A DNA stretch of 64,000 nucleotides from Candidatus Latescibacterota bacterium (GCA_965221775.1 CBDCSU010000006.1:96001-160000); one strand, 5' to 3'; counted from the stretch's first letter, positions 27,678-37,545 are shown. Translations and numbers: made by a program. Notes: a model not told the origin generated them from the sequence alone.

Positions 27678-29162
27678 TCAGTGTTGGCGATCTGCGCTTC
27701 GTCCAGGAAATGGCCCCGGCGTGTATCTGAACAGATCACCGGTTCCCCCCGGCAGACGGATCGTCAGTGCGCCCCCGCTCACTTTGACGGTCTCGACGTT
27801 GCCGCTGAGGCGGTTCAGGCGATAGAGCTCGCTCACCTCGGGTTTGAACCTGACGGTGAAGGTCAGCTCGAAGTCTTCCGCGGTGCCGCCCTTGTCGTGC
27901 CAGAGGTTGGTCAGCATGAAATAGGGCTCTCCTCGATCATCGGTGAAGAACCCCAGCAGGCCATCCTTGTATTCGCCCGGTGATTCGACTACCACATCTG
28001 TGATCTGGTGATCGTTGCCTGCACCGTAGGACCAGGCTGTGGCCCCCCTTGGGGTCGGGTTGCCCACACGCGAGGAGCCTTCGTCGTGCCGGCCCTGCAC
28101 GAAGCGCACATCGGTGCTGGTGAGAAAGCGGAGTGCCGTACCGAGATTCGCCACCTCGACATTGGCCTGGGCCGCATGGTGATACAGGCGATTCGGCTGA
28201 CCGTCTGCTTCGATGAGACCGCGCTCGAATGCGATGTCGTAAGTGAAATAGGCGATGCCCGTGTAGCCATAGGTCAACGGTGTGAAGAGTTGGAATCGAA
28301 TGTCTGATTCACTGGGCAGGCGTCGATGCCATCCGTTGTGTGTCTCGAAGGACTGGATGAAGAGCCAGTAGGGCATGCCCTGTTCCAGGGCCACGTGTCG
28401 GACGACTTCCAGCACCTTGAAGTAGCTCTCTGCATGGACCCAGCCGTCCACCTCTTCCAGGTCGCCGAGGGGGTAGACATCGACCATCAGGACATCGGGA
28501 TCGATGATGGCGGCGAAGTCGTCGATGTAGCGCTCGTAATCGGGGCCGAGCAGCATCTCGCCTTCGGGCCTGGCATTGCAGTAGGCGAGCGCTTCGGGGT
28601 GGAGCTGCCTCAGCCACTTGAGCATGTGCCGGGTGTAGCGCATGTAGGTGGAGACCACGGGCTCGTCATTGACGAGCCATCCGATGCATCCCGGATTGCT
28701 GATCAGGTCCCGGATGTAAGCACGGTTTTCTTCACTGTCCAGTTCGCCCAGCGCTTCGCGCAGCGACTGTTCGCTGGCGCCTTCGCGGTTGGTCTGCTCG
28801 TCGCCCCAATGGTCGAGGTAGAGGTGATAGGGCAGTCGGTTCGCAGATGCGATGGGCAGCAGCTCGTCGAAGGTGCTCGGCTCCCACGCGAGGAGCGCGC
28901 TCATGTTGGCTTCGCGGTACTGATCCGCATCGAAGGGCCTGGGTGTCATCCGGGTCAGCCCCATGATGGTGAAGGGATGGCTGCGCACCCAGCGATGCCC
29001 GCGCTGCATCGTGGGCGGGCCGGCCGGTGAGAGCGTTTCCGAGGTGATCTCGCGCGGTGATTGGTGCTGGTTGCTGCTCACGGCCTGGCCCCAGGCCATC
29101 GACATGCCCAACAACGAGCATCCGATCAGACCGTGAAGCACAATATGAGATTTCCCACGCAT
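27678..29162 (-). CDS. Secreted glycoside-hydrolase-like (TIM-barrel) protein
   Basis: Signal peptide; GWLVNDEP, VDVYP, PYWLFIQ, GYTGIAYFTY pattern. Confidence 0.6.
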   Translation of the reverse strand: MRGKSHIVLHGLIGCSLLGMSMAWGQAVSSNQHQSPREITSETLSPAGPPTMQRGHRWVRSHPFTIMGLTRMTPRPFDADQYREANMSALLAWEPSTFDELLPIASANRLPYHLYLDHWGDEQTNREGASEQSLREALGELDSEENRAYIRDLISNPGCIGWLVNDEPVVSTYMRYTRHMLKWLRQLHPEALAYCNARPEGEMLLGPDYERYIDDFAAIIDPDVLMVDVYPLGDLEEVDGWVHAESYFKVLEVVRHVALEQGMPYWLFIQSFETHNGWHRRLPSESDIRFQLFTPLTYGYTGIAYFTYDIAFERGLIEADGQPNRLYHHAAQANVEVANLGTALRFLTSTDVRFVQGRHDEGSSRVGNPTPRGATAWSYGAGNDHQITDVVVESPGEYKDGLLGFFTDDRGEPYFMLTNLWHDKGGTAEDFELTFTVRFKPEVSELYRLNRLSGNVETVKVSGGALTIRLPGGTGDLFRYTPGPFPGRSADRQH

Positions 29163-29174
29163 GCGATCCTCCTT

Positions 29175-30194
29175 TCAGGGAGGGCTGCCCTGCCACTGGA
29201 AGATGACGCCGAGCATCCCCTTCTCGCGGCGGTAGATCATCTCGTAGGCCTCGGCCATTCTCGTGTACGGCAGCCGGTGGGTGATCAGCCGGCTCGGCGC
29301 CAGGCCGCGCGCCATGAGGGACAGAGTGTGCTCGCAGGTGCGCACCGCGTCGAAGCGGTCGCCTTCCGCCGTCGGGAATAGATAGCCGCCCCGTCCGGAG
29401 ACGGCGACGAGGGCGATCCCCTTGTTGTAGAACCACTCCATGCCCACGGGGTTGAAGTCGTCGAGGGGCTCCTCGCCCCGCCCGGGCAGGGCGACGACGG
29501 AGACGCGGCCGTTGTCGCGCACCACCTCGCAGGCGGCCTTCCAGGCCGGCCAGGGGTTGGCGGTGAGGATCACCAGGTCGATGCCGGCGCCGCCGGTGAA
29601 CTCGTCGAGACGGGCCTCCAGGTCGGGATCGTCGGAGAGCCAGGCCGCCTCGGCCCCCATGTCGGTGGCCATGCCCAGGCGCCCAGGGTGATTGCCGAGA
29701 CCGACGACGCGCGCCCCGAAGAACGGCCCGAGGGCGACCGCCCCGAGGCCGAGCACTCCTAGTCCGACGACGGCCACGTTCTCCCCCGGCGTGAACCAGG
29801 CCTTGCGGTAGCAGTGGGCGCTCAGGGTGTAGAGGTGGGCCCACACGGCGTCCTCCGGGTCGACGCCCTCGGGCACGCGGACCACGCTCTGGGCCTCGTC
29901 GACGACGTACTCCGACTGGTGCGGGGCCCGCGTCACCACCCGGTCCCCCACCCGGATGCGCTTCACCTCGGAGCCGACGGCGCGCACCACCCCGAGGTTG
30001 CTGTCGCCCACCCAGCGCGGGTAGTCCGGCGCCCCGGGGACGCGCTCGGCGCCCTCGTAGTTGCCGCGGTCGGTGCCGATCTTCAGCGCCGAGATCTCGG
30101 TCTCCACGTGGATCTGCGTGGGGGCGAGGTCCGTGTCCAGGGGCTGCTCCTCGATGCGCAGGTCCCGCGGCCCGTGCAGCACGGCGATCTTCAT
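29175..30194 (-). CDS. Medium-chain (MDR) alcohol dehydrogenase
   Basis: LHGPRDLRIEE, GroES-like domain, VVGLGVLG Rossmann motif, LITHR. Confidence 0.88.
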   Translation of the reverse strand: MKIAVLHGPRDLRIEEQPLDTDLAPTQIHVETEISALKIGTDRGNYEGAERVPGAPDYPRWVGDSNLGVVRAVGSEVKRIRVGDRVVTRAPHQSEYVVDEAQSVVRVPEGVDPEDAVWAHLYTLSAHCYRKAWFTPGENVAVVGLGVLGLGAVALGPFFGARVVGLGNHPGRLGMATDMGAEAAWLSDDPDLEARLDEFTGGAGIDLVILTANPWPAWKAACEVVRDNGRVSVVALPGRGEEPLDDFNPVGMEWFYNKGIALVAVSGRGGYLFPTAEGDRFDAVRTCEHTLSLMARGLAPSRLITHRLPYTRMAEAYEMIYRREKGMLGVIFQWQGSPP

Positions 30195-30225
30195 GAGTCT
30201 GCTCCGTCGTTTCGGGACTGGCGGC

Positions 30226-31353
30226 TCAGTGCGGATCCCCCGCCCGCCACCGGTGCTTCTCCACGCCCTCCATGTCCAGCTCCACCCCGATACCCGGCCG
30301 GTTCGGCACCACGACCCGCCCCTCCACGACCTGCAGGGGCTCGTCGATCACCTCGTCCCGCCAGTCGATGCCGGTGACGAACTCCATGGGCGCGGCGTTG
30401 GGGATCGACATCATCACGTGGGCCGCCGCCAGGATGCCCACGGGCCCCTTGGTGTTGTGGAAGGAGATCGGCACGTGGAAGGTGTCGGCCATGGCGGCGA
30501 TCTTCCTCGCCTCGGTGATACCGCCCGAGTACATCAGGTCGGGCTGGGCGATGTCGATACCCTCCATCTCCAGGAGGCGGCGGAACTGGCTCTTGGTGTT
30601 GAGCCGCTCCGAGCCCATGACCGGGATCGAGATCTCGCGGCGGATCTTCGGGTACGCCGTCAGGTCGTCGGGGGCCACCGGGTCCTCGTAGGCGAACAGG
30701 TCGAGGTGCTCGAGGCGCCGGGCCAGACGGATGGAGTTGGCCACGGTGAAGCGGCCGTGGCAGTCGATGAAGAGCTTCACCTCAGGCCCCACGGCCTCGC
30801 GCACGGCTTCGAAGTGGGCCGCCGTCTTCTCGGGGTGACCGTCGTCGAGGTAGGTGTCCCAGTCGAGGCCGGCCCGGTCGCGCCAGCTGGCGCCTCCCTT
30901 CAGGGCGAAGTAGCCCTCGTCCCGCTTGGCCTTCGCCATCGCCGCCGTCGCCTCGGGGGTGGCGCCGCCGAAATGGGTGTACACGTCGACCGCCTCGCGG
31001 AAGGCGCCGCCGAGCAGCTCGTAGACCGGCAGGCCCGCCACCTTGCCCTTGATGTCCCACAAGGCGATGTCGATGCCCGCCAGGGCGCTCATCCACACGG
31101 GGCCGGCCATGCGCCAGATGCCGCTCACCGAGGATCGCTTGTAGATGTGGTGCCACAGGTACTCGATGCGCGCCGGGTCGAGGCCGACCAGCTCCTGCTT
31201 CATGTGCTCCACGGCGGCGCAGACCACGGGCTCCTTGAGGGAGTAGGTGGCCTCGCCCAGGCCGGTGATCCCCTCGTCGGTGTGGACCCGGACGATGGTC
31301 CACTTGCGGCCCGGGGAGGCGATCATCAGGGTGTCGATGTCGGTGATCTTCAT
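30226..31353 (-). CDS. Mandelate racemase/enolase-superfamily acid-sugar dehydratase (DgoD-like)
   Basis: MKITDI, TDEGITGLGE, GIDIALWDIKGK, IDCHGRF, EDP, SERL, QPDL...GGITE, HN, PGIGVE. Confidence 0.9.
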   Translation of the reverse strand: MKITDIDTLMIASPGRKWTIVRVHTDEGITGLGEATYSLKEPVVCAAVEHMKQELVGLDPARIEYLWHHIYKRSSVSGIWRMAGPVWMSALAGIDIALWDIKGKVAGLPVYELLGGAFREAVDVYTHFGGATPEATAAMAKAKRDEGYFALKGGASWRDRAGLDWDTYLDDGHPEKTAAHFEAVREAVGPEVKLFIDCHGRFTVANSIRLARRLEHLDLFAYEDPVAPDDLTAYPKIRREISIPVMGSERLNTKSQFRRLLEMEGIDIAQPDLMYSGGITEARKIAAMADTFHVPISFHNTKGPVGILAAAHVMMSIPNAAPMEFVTGIDWRDEVIDEPLQVVEGRVVVPNRPGIGVELDMEGVEKHRWRAGDPH

Positions 31354-32051
31354 GGCAGGGTCTCGCAGGCGTCGACGAACTCCGCCGAGGTGGTGGTGTA
31401 GCCGATGAGATGCTCGAAGTTGCGCAGCACGATCTTGTTGAGCCAGCCGCCCTCGGGGATGCTCTCGTCGATCGTGTCGGGGAACTCGATCTCGGCGCCG
31501 TTGGAGGCGTCGCGCAGGAGCACCACCCGGTAGTTGCGGCCCACGGCCTCGGCGCAGGTGTAGTGCATGCAGGCGCGGCGGCTGTAGCCGACGACGATGA
31601 GGGTGCGCGTGCCCCAACTGCGCAGGTGCTGATCGAGGAAGGTGTCGTGGAAGCCGCTCCAGATCCACTTGGGGAAGTTCGGCTCGCCGTCGCGGGGAGC
31701 GACGCAGTCGAGGTAGCGCGGCTCGAAGTCCGGTCCCGCCTCGCGCCACGGCTGGAGCCCGTCGCGGCCGTGGCCGTGCTTGGTCTTGCCCCAGAACTCG
31801 CCGACGATGTTGCCGGGGTCGGCCACCAGGCGCAGGTCGTTGTGGACGTAGGCGACGCGCAGACCCACGTCCCGCGCCGCCTCCAGGGCCGGGGCGATGC
31901 GATTCTCGGTGACCGGGTTGGGGGAGGTCCCGTCCACGTCGACGAGGAGGAAGGTGCACTCCGCCAGCGGCAGGGCGAGGGTCTCGTACCCGTAGTCGTA
32001 GCCGCCGGGGTAGTCCTTGTAGTAGCGGACGGGGATGTAGAGGACGGCCAC
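31350..32051 (-). CDS. Isochorismatase-family cysteine hydrolase
   Basis: LLVD, K..WSGF..T.LD..LRS.G..TLIVVG...AC..T triad pattern. Confidence 0.85.
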   Translation of the reverse strand: MAVLYIPVRYYKDYPGGYDYGYETLALPLAECTFLLVDVDGTSPNPVTENRIAPALEAARDVGLRVAYVHNDLRLVADPGNIVGEFWGKTKHGHGRDGLQPWREAGPDFEPRYLDCVAPRDGEPNFPKWIWSGFHDTFLDQHLRSWGTRTLIVVGYSRRACMHYTCAEAVGRNYRVVLLRDASNGAEIEFPDTIDESIPEGGWLNKIVLRNFEHLIGYTTTSAEFVDACETLP

Positions 32052-32249
32052 GGGTCGTCTCCGGGTCGGGTGAGGGCCGCCTACACTAGCGGCCCGCAGA
32101 GCCGGCGGCAACACTCGTCCCCGCGGACCACCAGACCCGGACCGGTCCGGCTTGCCGCGCCGCACGGAGGGCCGTTACATGCCGACCGGCCCGTCGACCG
32201 GCGGCCTCGGCGCCTGCTGCCGGCGCCTCCCTCAACCATCGCCCGGAGA

Positions 32250-34685
32250 ATGTCGATCGTGTCCCTGGTCATGAGTGACGAAGAGCTGCTCGACGCCCTC
32301 GACCCGGAGTTCCCGGAGTTGGAGCCGATGCGCCAGGCCCGAACGGCCGGCGGCACGGCCGCGGCCAAGGCCGCGCTGGCGCGCTACATCCGCCGTCGCG
32401 AAGGAGGCGGTGACGGTCCCGAGAGCGGACCCGGCGACAGGCCCGAGGCCGTCTCCGAACGGGGCGAGGCGCTGTGCCGCGACCTCGCCGGCCGCGACTG
32501 GCTCACCGTGCCGCACCCGGAGGAGGTCCCCGAGCGCCTGCACAGCACCCAGGTCATGGGGCTCAACGACCACCACGACTTCGCCGCCCTGGCCCAGGAG
32601 TACGGGTCGACCGGCAACCACCGCTACGCCCGCGAGTGCGTGGCCCGCATGGTCGAGTGGATCGAGGTCAACGGGCCGCTGCCGGACCGGCCTCCCACCG
32701 GCCCCACCGGCGCCTTCTGGCGGACCATCTTCTACACCCTCCCCCGCACCGCCAACTGGACCCGCTGCCTGATGCTCCTGCGCCATTGTCCCGCCGTCAC
32801 CGACGACGAGCTGATCACCCTTCTCAAGGCGGTCCTCCATCACCTCCGCTACGCCGCGAACAACCGGGTACCGGGCATGCCCAACATGATCGTCCACCTC
32901 CACGAGCAGCTCATCGGCCTCGGGGAGCAGTGGCCGGAGTTCGCCGAGTCGAAAGGCTGGTCCCGCGCCGGCGTGGAAGGGCTCCGGGAGCTGCTGGACG
33001 ACTACTTCTACCCGGACGGCGCCTACATCGAGCTGTGCTACTTCGCCCACGAGAGCTTCACCCGCGTCCTGGAGCGCGGCGAGGCCGGCGAGATCGAGCT
33101 GCCGCCGGGGTTCCGCGAGAAGGTGGAGGGCATCTTCGACTTCCCCGCGTACATGGTGAAGCCCAACGGCAGCTATCCCTCGGTCAACGACAACTACTCC
33201 GCCCAGGACCCCGAGAAGCCGCCCGAGCGCCGCGGCGGCCTGATCGACCTCGGCGTGGAGATCACCGGCCGTGGGGACCTGCGCTACATCGCCTCCTTCG
33301 GCGCCGAGGGCGAGCCCCCGTCCCGGACCTCCCGCGCCTTCCCCTACGCCGGGTTCCACGTCATGCGCTCCGACTGGTCCGCCGAGGCCCGCTACCTCGT
33401 CTTCGACGGCGGCCGCAGCGCCGGCGGTCACAACCACGTGGACAAGCTCAGCTTCGAGCTCTACGCCTACGGCAACACCCTGGTCACCGACAGCGGCTGC
33501 GGCGGCCCCTGGGCCTCGGCCTGGCGCAGCGAGTACTTCGTCGGCCCCGCGGGACACAACACGATCATGGTCGACAGCCGCGGCCAGGTGGCCGGCCTCC
33601 CCCTCTTCGAGATCCCCTGCCTGCACGGGCGCACCGCCTGGCACGAGATCGCGCCGGAGCCGCTGCCCAACACCTGGGTAAGCGGCCGCCGCTTCGACTA
33701 CGCCGGCAGCCGCTACGAGGACGGGTACGCCGCCTACGGCTCGGAGCAGAGCCGCCGCCGCGGCTTCGCCTACGAGAGCAAGCGCGTCGACGGCGTGGAG
33801 CGGATGCAGCCCTGGACGCGGAGCCAGGGCGAAGACCTGCAGGTGCCGCCCCACAAGCGAGTGTTCGTCGATCACGAGCGCCGCATCCTCTTCGTCAAGC
33901 CCGACTACTGGATCCTCTCCGACCGGCTCCTCGGCAAGGGCCGCCACAAGGCCGAGTCCCTGTTCCACTTCCAGGCCTCGGCCACGGCCCGCGTCGAGCC
34001 GGAGGACGGCTCGGTGCGCACCGTGAACGGCCGCGCCGGCCTGGTGATCCTGCCCGCCCCGGGGCCAGAGCTGCAGGCGCGCATCGTCCAAGGCCAGGAG
34101 GATCCGCCCCAGGGATGGGTCCCCGCCGGCTGGGGCGAGCACCGTCCCTCCCCGGTCGCCATCTACTCGGCGGAGGAAGAGCTGCCGCTGGCCTGGGACG
34201 CGGTGCTCTATCCGCACCCCGGGGACAGCGCTCCGGCGCTGTCGGTGGAACGGCTGGAGGTGCACGAGGAAGGAGAGGCGGTGCCCACGTGGCAGGCGTC
34301 CGCGCTCTGCGTGCACGTCGACGGAGGACGGGACTACTGCTACGTCTCCCACGAGCGCCGCGCCCTGCGCACCGCCGGACCGCTGGTGAGCGACGCCGAG
34401 CTGGTGCTGGTTCGCTGCGGCGGCGACGGACGGCCCCGTGAGCTGGCGCTGATCAACGGCAGCTACGTCAAGCTGGAGGGCCGGCTGCTCGTGGCCGCGG
34501 AGGAGACCTTCCCGCGCCTGGAGCTGTTCTGGGAGGGGGATGCGCTCACGGTGGACGCGGGTCACCCGGTGGGGGCGGAGGTGTGGGCCGGCGGCGCCCG
34601 GCGGGTGATCATCGGCGAGGGGGAGGCGCGGGGGGTTCAGCCGGTGGATGATCGAGTCGCGATCTTCGAGGACTGGCTGGATTGA
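32250..34685 (+). CDS. Heparinase II/III family polysaccharide lyase
   Basis: YPDGAY.E, GFHVMRSDW, GHNHVDKLSFEL, LVTDSG, HNTIMVD, HERRILFVKPDYW. Confidence 0.88.
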   Translation: MSIVSLVMSDEELLDALDPEFPELEPMRQARTAGGTAAAKAALARYIRRREGGGDGPESGPGDRPEAVSERGEALCRDLAGRDWLTVPHPEEVPERLHSTQVMGLNDHHDFAALAQEYGSTGNHRYARECVARMVEWIEVNGPLPDRPPTGPTGAFWRTIFYTLPRTANWTRCLMLLRHCPAVTDDELITLLKAVLHHLRYAANNRVPGMPNMIVHLHEQLIGLGEQWPEFAESKGWSRAGVEGLRELLDDYFYPDGAYIELCYFAHESFTRVLERGEAGEIELPPGFREKVEGIFDFPAYMVKPNGSYPSVNDNYSAQDPEKPPERRGGLIDLGVEITGRGDLRYIASFGAEGEPPSRTSRAFPYAGFHVMRSDWSAEARYLVFDGGRSAGGHNHVDKLSFELYAYGNTLVTDSGCGGPWASAWRSEYFVGPAGHNTIMVDSRGQVAGLPLFEIPCLHGRTAWHEIAPEPLPNTWVSGRRFDYAGSRYEDGYAAYGSEQSRRRGFAYESKRVDGVERMQPWTRSQGEDLQVPPHKRVFVDHERRILFVKPDYWILSDRLLGKGRHKAESLFHFQASATARVEPEDGSVRTVNGRAGLVILPAPGPELQARIVQGQEDPPQGWVPAGWGEHRPSPVAIYSAEEELPLAWDAVLYPHPGDSAPALSVERLEVHEEGEAVPTWQASALCVHVDGGRDYCYVSHERRALRTAGPLVSDAELVLVRCGGDGRPRELALINGSYVKLEGRLLVAAEETFPRLELFWEGDALTVDAGHPVGAEVWAGGARRVIIGEGEARGVQPVDDRVAIFEDWLD

Positions 34686-34775
34686 GCAAGGTTCAGCGGG
34701 CGCACCGCCGACCTCACCTTGCCCCTCAACTGCGGACCGCGGGGCTGTGCCGGGTTCGACCTTGGGACAGGTCCG

Positions 34776-35033
34776 TCAGAGCTTCAGCAGAATCAGCGTG
34801 CCCAGGGTGACCAGAGTCGTAAACTGGAAGCCCAGCAGCCAGTTGATGCGCTTTTCCAGGCTGTCGAAACGGGAGCCCGTATGGCTCTCCAAGCTGTCGA
34901 AACGGACGTTCGTCTGGCGTTCCATGCTGTCGAGGCGCGCGCCCAACTGCTGAAGGGTGCCGTTGATCTGCTCAACGGCCCCTTCCACGCGGGACAAGCG
35001 CTCCCCGTGGTCCCCGGCAGTAACTTCGGTCAT
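34776..35033 (-). CDS. Small coiled-coil protein with C-terminal TM (DUF1640/Bdr-like)
   Basis: ERLSRVEG.VEQI, repeated RFDSLE, WLLGFQFT..TLG C-terminal anchor. Confidence 0.7.
   Translation of the reverse strand: MTEVTAGDHGERLSRVEGAVEQINGTLQQLGARLDSMERQTNVRFDSLESHTGSRFDSLEKRINWLLGFQFTTLVTLGTLILLKL
34855..34938. repeat. Three imperfect 33-bp coding tandem repeats
   Basis: tcca(g/a/t)gctgtcga at 34855, 34888 and 34921. Confidence 0.75.
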
Positions 35034-35221
35034 CGTCTGCTTCCCTGAGTGAAGGCCCCGGTCCGGAGCGTTGCCCGGAATATAAGGGGTCGCTGCAGGC
35101 TGGGGAATCTCGGGCCTCCCCGCCGGCCCCTACTATGGCTTGCCTCCCACCACCGCCGCGCCCTGCGGGAGCGCCTGCTGAAGCGTCCACCGACGCTGCC
35201 CAGATCTACTTGCCGCCGTTG

Positions 35222-35254
35222 CGATATGCAGACTATGTCATATCGTAGATGACA
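35222..35254. promoter_or_regulatory. Overlapping inverted repeats, putative TA operator
   Basis: CGATATG-N10-CATATCG (35222-35245) and TGTCAT-N7-ATGACA (35236-35254) directly upstream of the PIN remnant. Confidence 0.45.
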
Positions 35255-35256
35255 CT

Positions 35257-35405
35257 ATACGCCCGACATTGGACACCAATGTCGCCGTCGCGGGGCTGAG
35301 CAGCCCGGCCAGAGCTTCCGCCGGCCTGCTTGACCGAGCCCTGCGCCGCCAACTCGAGTTGGTCCTCTCGCTGCCTTGCCCTCGAGTACGAGGCCGTATG
35401 CCAGG
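35257..35405 (+). pseudogene. Frameshifted, truncated PIN-family toxin
   Basis: LDTNVAVAGLSSPARASAGLL...LS, then in another frame LALEYEAVC; remainder deleted. Confidence 0.7.
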
Positions 35406-35463
35406 ACCCGGCCCAACGCATCATCTCGGGCCTGCTATCGCCCCAGCAGGCTCTGAGGAGAAC

Positions 35464-35727
35464 ATGGGAATGAGCAAAGGAAGCAGCACCTACCTCTTGC
35501 GGCTGCCCGCCTCCCTGAAGGCAGCGGTCGCGGAGATCAGCAAGAAAAACGGCACGAGCATGAATCAGTTCGTCACGACGGCCGTCGCCGAGAGGGTCTC
35601 TGCCATGAAAACGGCGGAGTTCTTCACCACGCGCGGGGGGGAGGCCGACATCGAGGCGGCACGCCGGCTGCTGCGCCGCGACGGGGGGCAGTCACCCGCA
35701 CCTGACGATGCCCTGGACCTGGCATGA
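35464..35727 (+). CDS. Ribbon-helix-helix antitoxin
   Basis: YLLRLPASLK.AV..I.K..GTSMNQFVTTAVAERVSA; GAGGAG RBS. Confidence 0.8.
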   Translation: MGMSKGSSTYLLRLPASLKAAVAEISKKNGTSMNQFVTTAVAERVSAMKTAEFFTTRGGEADIEAARRLLRRDGGQSPAPDDALDLA

Positions 35728-35788
35728 TCCATCACGGTCAAGGCGCCACGGCTGATGTGCGCCTTGAATCGACCGAAAACGGGCCCTC

Positions 35789-35980
35789 ATGAGCATTGAG
35801 TACACGATCGTCATCGAGAGAGACGAGGACGATTGCTACCTTGGAAGTGTCCCCGTGCTCCCAGGCTGCCACACTCAGGGAAAGTCAATTGACGAGTTGC
35901 TCGAACGGATGCAGGAGGCGATTGCGCTCTGGCTCGAGGTCAACGGGGGTCGCCGCCCTCTTGCGCCGGGGCCCCCGTGA
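35789..35980 (+). CDS. HicB-family antitoxin (short, no adjacent HicA)
   Basis: YTIVIERDED..YLGSVP.LPGCHTQG.SIDE...RMQEAI.LWLE. Confidence 0.85.
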   Translation: MSIEYTIVIERDEDDCYLGSVPVLPGCHTQGKSIDELLERMQEAIALWLEVNGGRRPLAPGPP

Positions 35981-36102
35981 TCTTCCATCAACGTCGGAGA
36001 GGCACGGTACCACTGTCCTGGTACTGTATTCAGCGACCCAGCCATCGGCCGTCTGGCCAGAATACTGACCCGCCTGTCCAAGAACCTAATGGGGTTTCTT
36101 CG

Positions 36103-36864
36103 ATGAGCTACAACTCCGCAATCGAATGGACCGACGCCACCTGGAATCCGGTAACCGGCTGCACCAAGATTACGCGCGGCTGTGACCACTGCTATGCCGA
36201 GCGCATAGCCGAGCGGTTCCGAGGTACACCGGGGCATCCCTTTGAGAATGGGTTCGATCTCACCCTGCGACCGGAGCGTCTGGCTCAACCCCTTTCCTGG
36301 AGACGGCCGCGCAGGGTCTTTGTCAACTCAATGAGCGACCTGTTTCACAAGAGGATCCCGGTTGAGTTCATAGACCGCGTATTCGACACCATGGAAGCCG
36401 CGGAAAAGCACATCTTCCAGGTGCTCACCAAGCGGAGCTCGCTGATGAAGAACTATCTCCAGCACAGGTATGGATCTGGGCAAGGGCCACGCCATATCTG
36501 GTGCGGGGTCTCCGTAGAAGATCACTTGGGGACAGCAAGAATCCGGCATCTCCAGAGGGCGCCGATTCCAGTTCGCTTTCTCTCGATAGAACCCCTTCTC
36601 GGTCCAGTGGGCGACATCGACCTCGAGGGAATATCCTGGGTCATCGTCGGCGGGGAGAGCGGTCCCAAGGCCCGCCCCATGGAGCTGCACTGGGTACTCG
36701 ACATCAAGAAGACCTGTGACCGGGCGGGAGTCGACTTCTTCTTCAAGCAATGGGGAGGACCGACCCCGAAAGCCGGAGGACGCCTGCTACAAGGAGTCGC
36801 ACATAACGCGATGCCCCTATTGACAGAGAGAGAGGAACCCCATGGATTTCAGGAGGCATCCTGA
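36103..36864 (+). CDS. Phage Gp37/Gp68 family (DUF5131) radical-SAM-like protein
   Basis: SAIEWTDATWNPVTGCTKITRGCDHCYAE, FVNSMSDLFH, LTKR, WVIVGGESG, FFKQWGG. Confidence 0.92.
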   Translation: MSYNSAIEWTDATWNPVTGCTKITRGCDHCYAERIAERFRGTPGHPFENGFDLTLRPERLAQPLSWRRPRRVFVNSMSDLFHKRIPVEFIDRVFDTMEAAEKHIFQVLTKRSSLMKNYLQHRYGSGQGPRHIWCGVSVEDHLGTARIRHLQRAPIPVRFLSIEPLLGPVGDIDLEGISWVIVGGESGPKARPMELHWVLDIKKTCDRAGVDFFFKQWGGPTPKAGGRLLQGVAHNAMPLLTEREEPHGFQEAS

Positions 36865-36930
36865 CGAACCCCCGCCTCTACCCTGAGCCACACAGCAAGG
36901 CGAAACTGGACGTCCTGCGATGCTACCTTG
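36842..36930 (+). pseudogene. 5' remnant of three-Cys-motif partner protein (TcmP-like)
   Basis: ATG overlaps the DUF5131 end; frameshifted EPHSKAKLDVLRCYL matches the TcmP N-terminal pattern; usual DUF5131 partner. Confidence 0.6.
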
Positions 36931-37014
36931 GGTTTGAGCTCTGCGGACCAAGTGACCCAATCGATCGATCCAGAGTTATGTGGCTGACAGACGTGCTCTC
37001 TAGGAAAGACTGTC

Positions 37015-37545
37015 ATGAGGAGTAGTCAAGGGTTCTTGCGAGAGGTATTGTGGCGACCCAGATCAGCAATATCGGGATTGATTGCTCTACTACTCTCCAT
37101 CTCGTCGTGGGCTGGCCTAGGCGCGAACTGGACGCCCCTCGAGAAAACACTTGTGCCGGTCTCCCTACTCCTAGCTGCCCTACTGGTGAGCGTTCTCTTC
37201 TCGTCCTACTCCCTCCTCAAGAAGTCTGACCGTCCACTCAGTGTGCGCAGGGTAACCGAGGGGAAGCACTACTACAAGGATCAACTGATGGTCATCTTGG
37301 AGGCCCGTGATACTGTCCTTGTTGGCGACATTCTGACCTTGTTTGTACGGGAAGGTGATACTGAGACACCGATCTGCCTTGTATCAGTCGAGGCCATGTC
37401 AAGCAAGGGCTTCCCCCAGAGCATAGTACTCCATGGACTCACTGATGAAACATCACAATATCTCCGTGATGAGAGCAGACTCGAACAACTGCAGGCAAAA
37501 CGTGGCATAACAAGGAGGGCACTGGAATGTCTGAAGACGCTATAG
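37015..37545 (+). CDS. Hypothetical 2-TM protein with beta-rich C-domain
   Basis: Two hydrophobic helices then a soluble domain; low GC; overlaps next ORF. Confidence 0.7.
   Translation: MRSSQGFLREVLWRPRSAISGLIALLLSISSWAGLGANWTPLEKTLVPVSLLLAALLVSVLFSSYSLLKKSDRPLSVRRVTEGKHYYKDQLMVILEARDTVLVGDILTLFVREGDTETPICLVSVEAMSSKGFPQSIVLHGLTDETSQYLRDESRLEQLQAKRGITRRALECLKTL

Noticed and set aside
31410-32249. N-terminal extension of the heparinase ORF
   Set aside because: Antisense to the isochorismatase gene; ATG 32250 has a GGAG RBS
34745-34770. gggttcgac resembling a tRNA T-loop at the island edge
   Set aside because: No cloverleaf or acceptor stem can be formed
34855-34938. Regularly spaced repeats as a possible mini-CRISPR
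   Set aside because: 33-bp period, in-frame coding repeat, no cas genes
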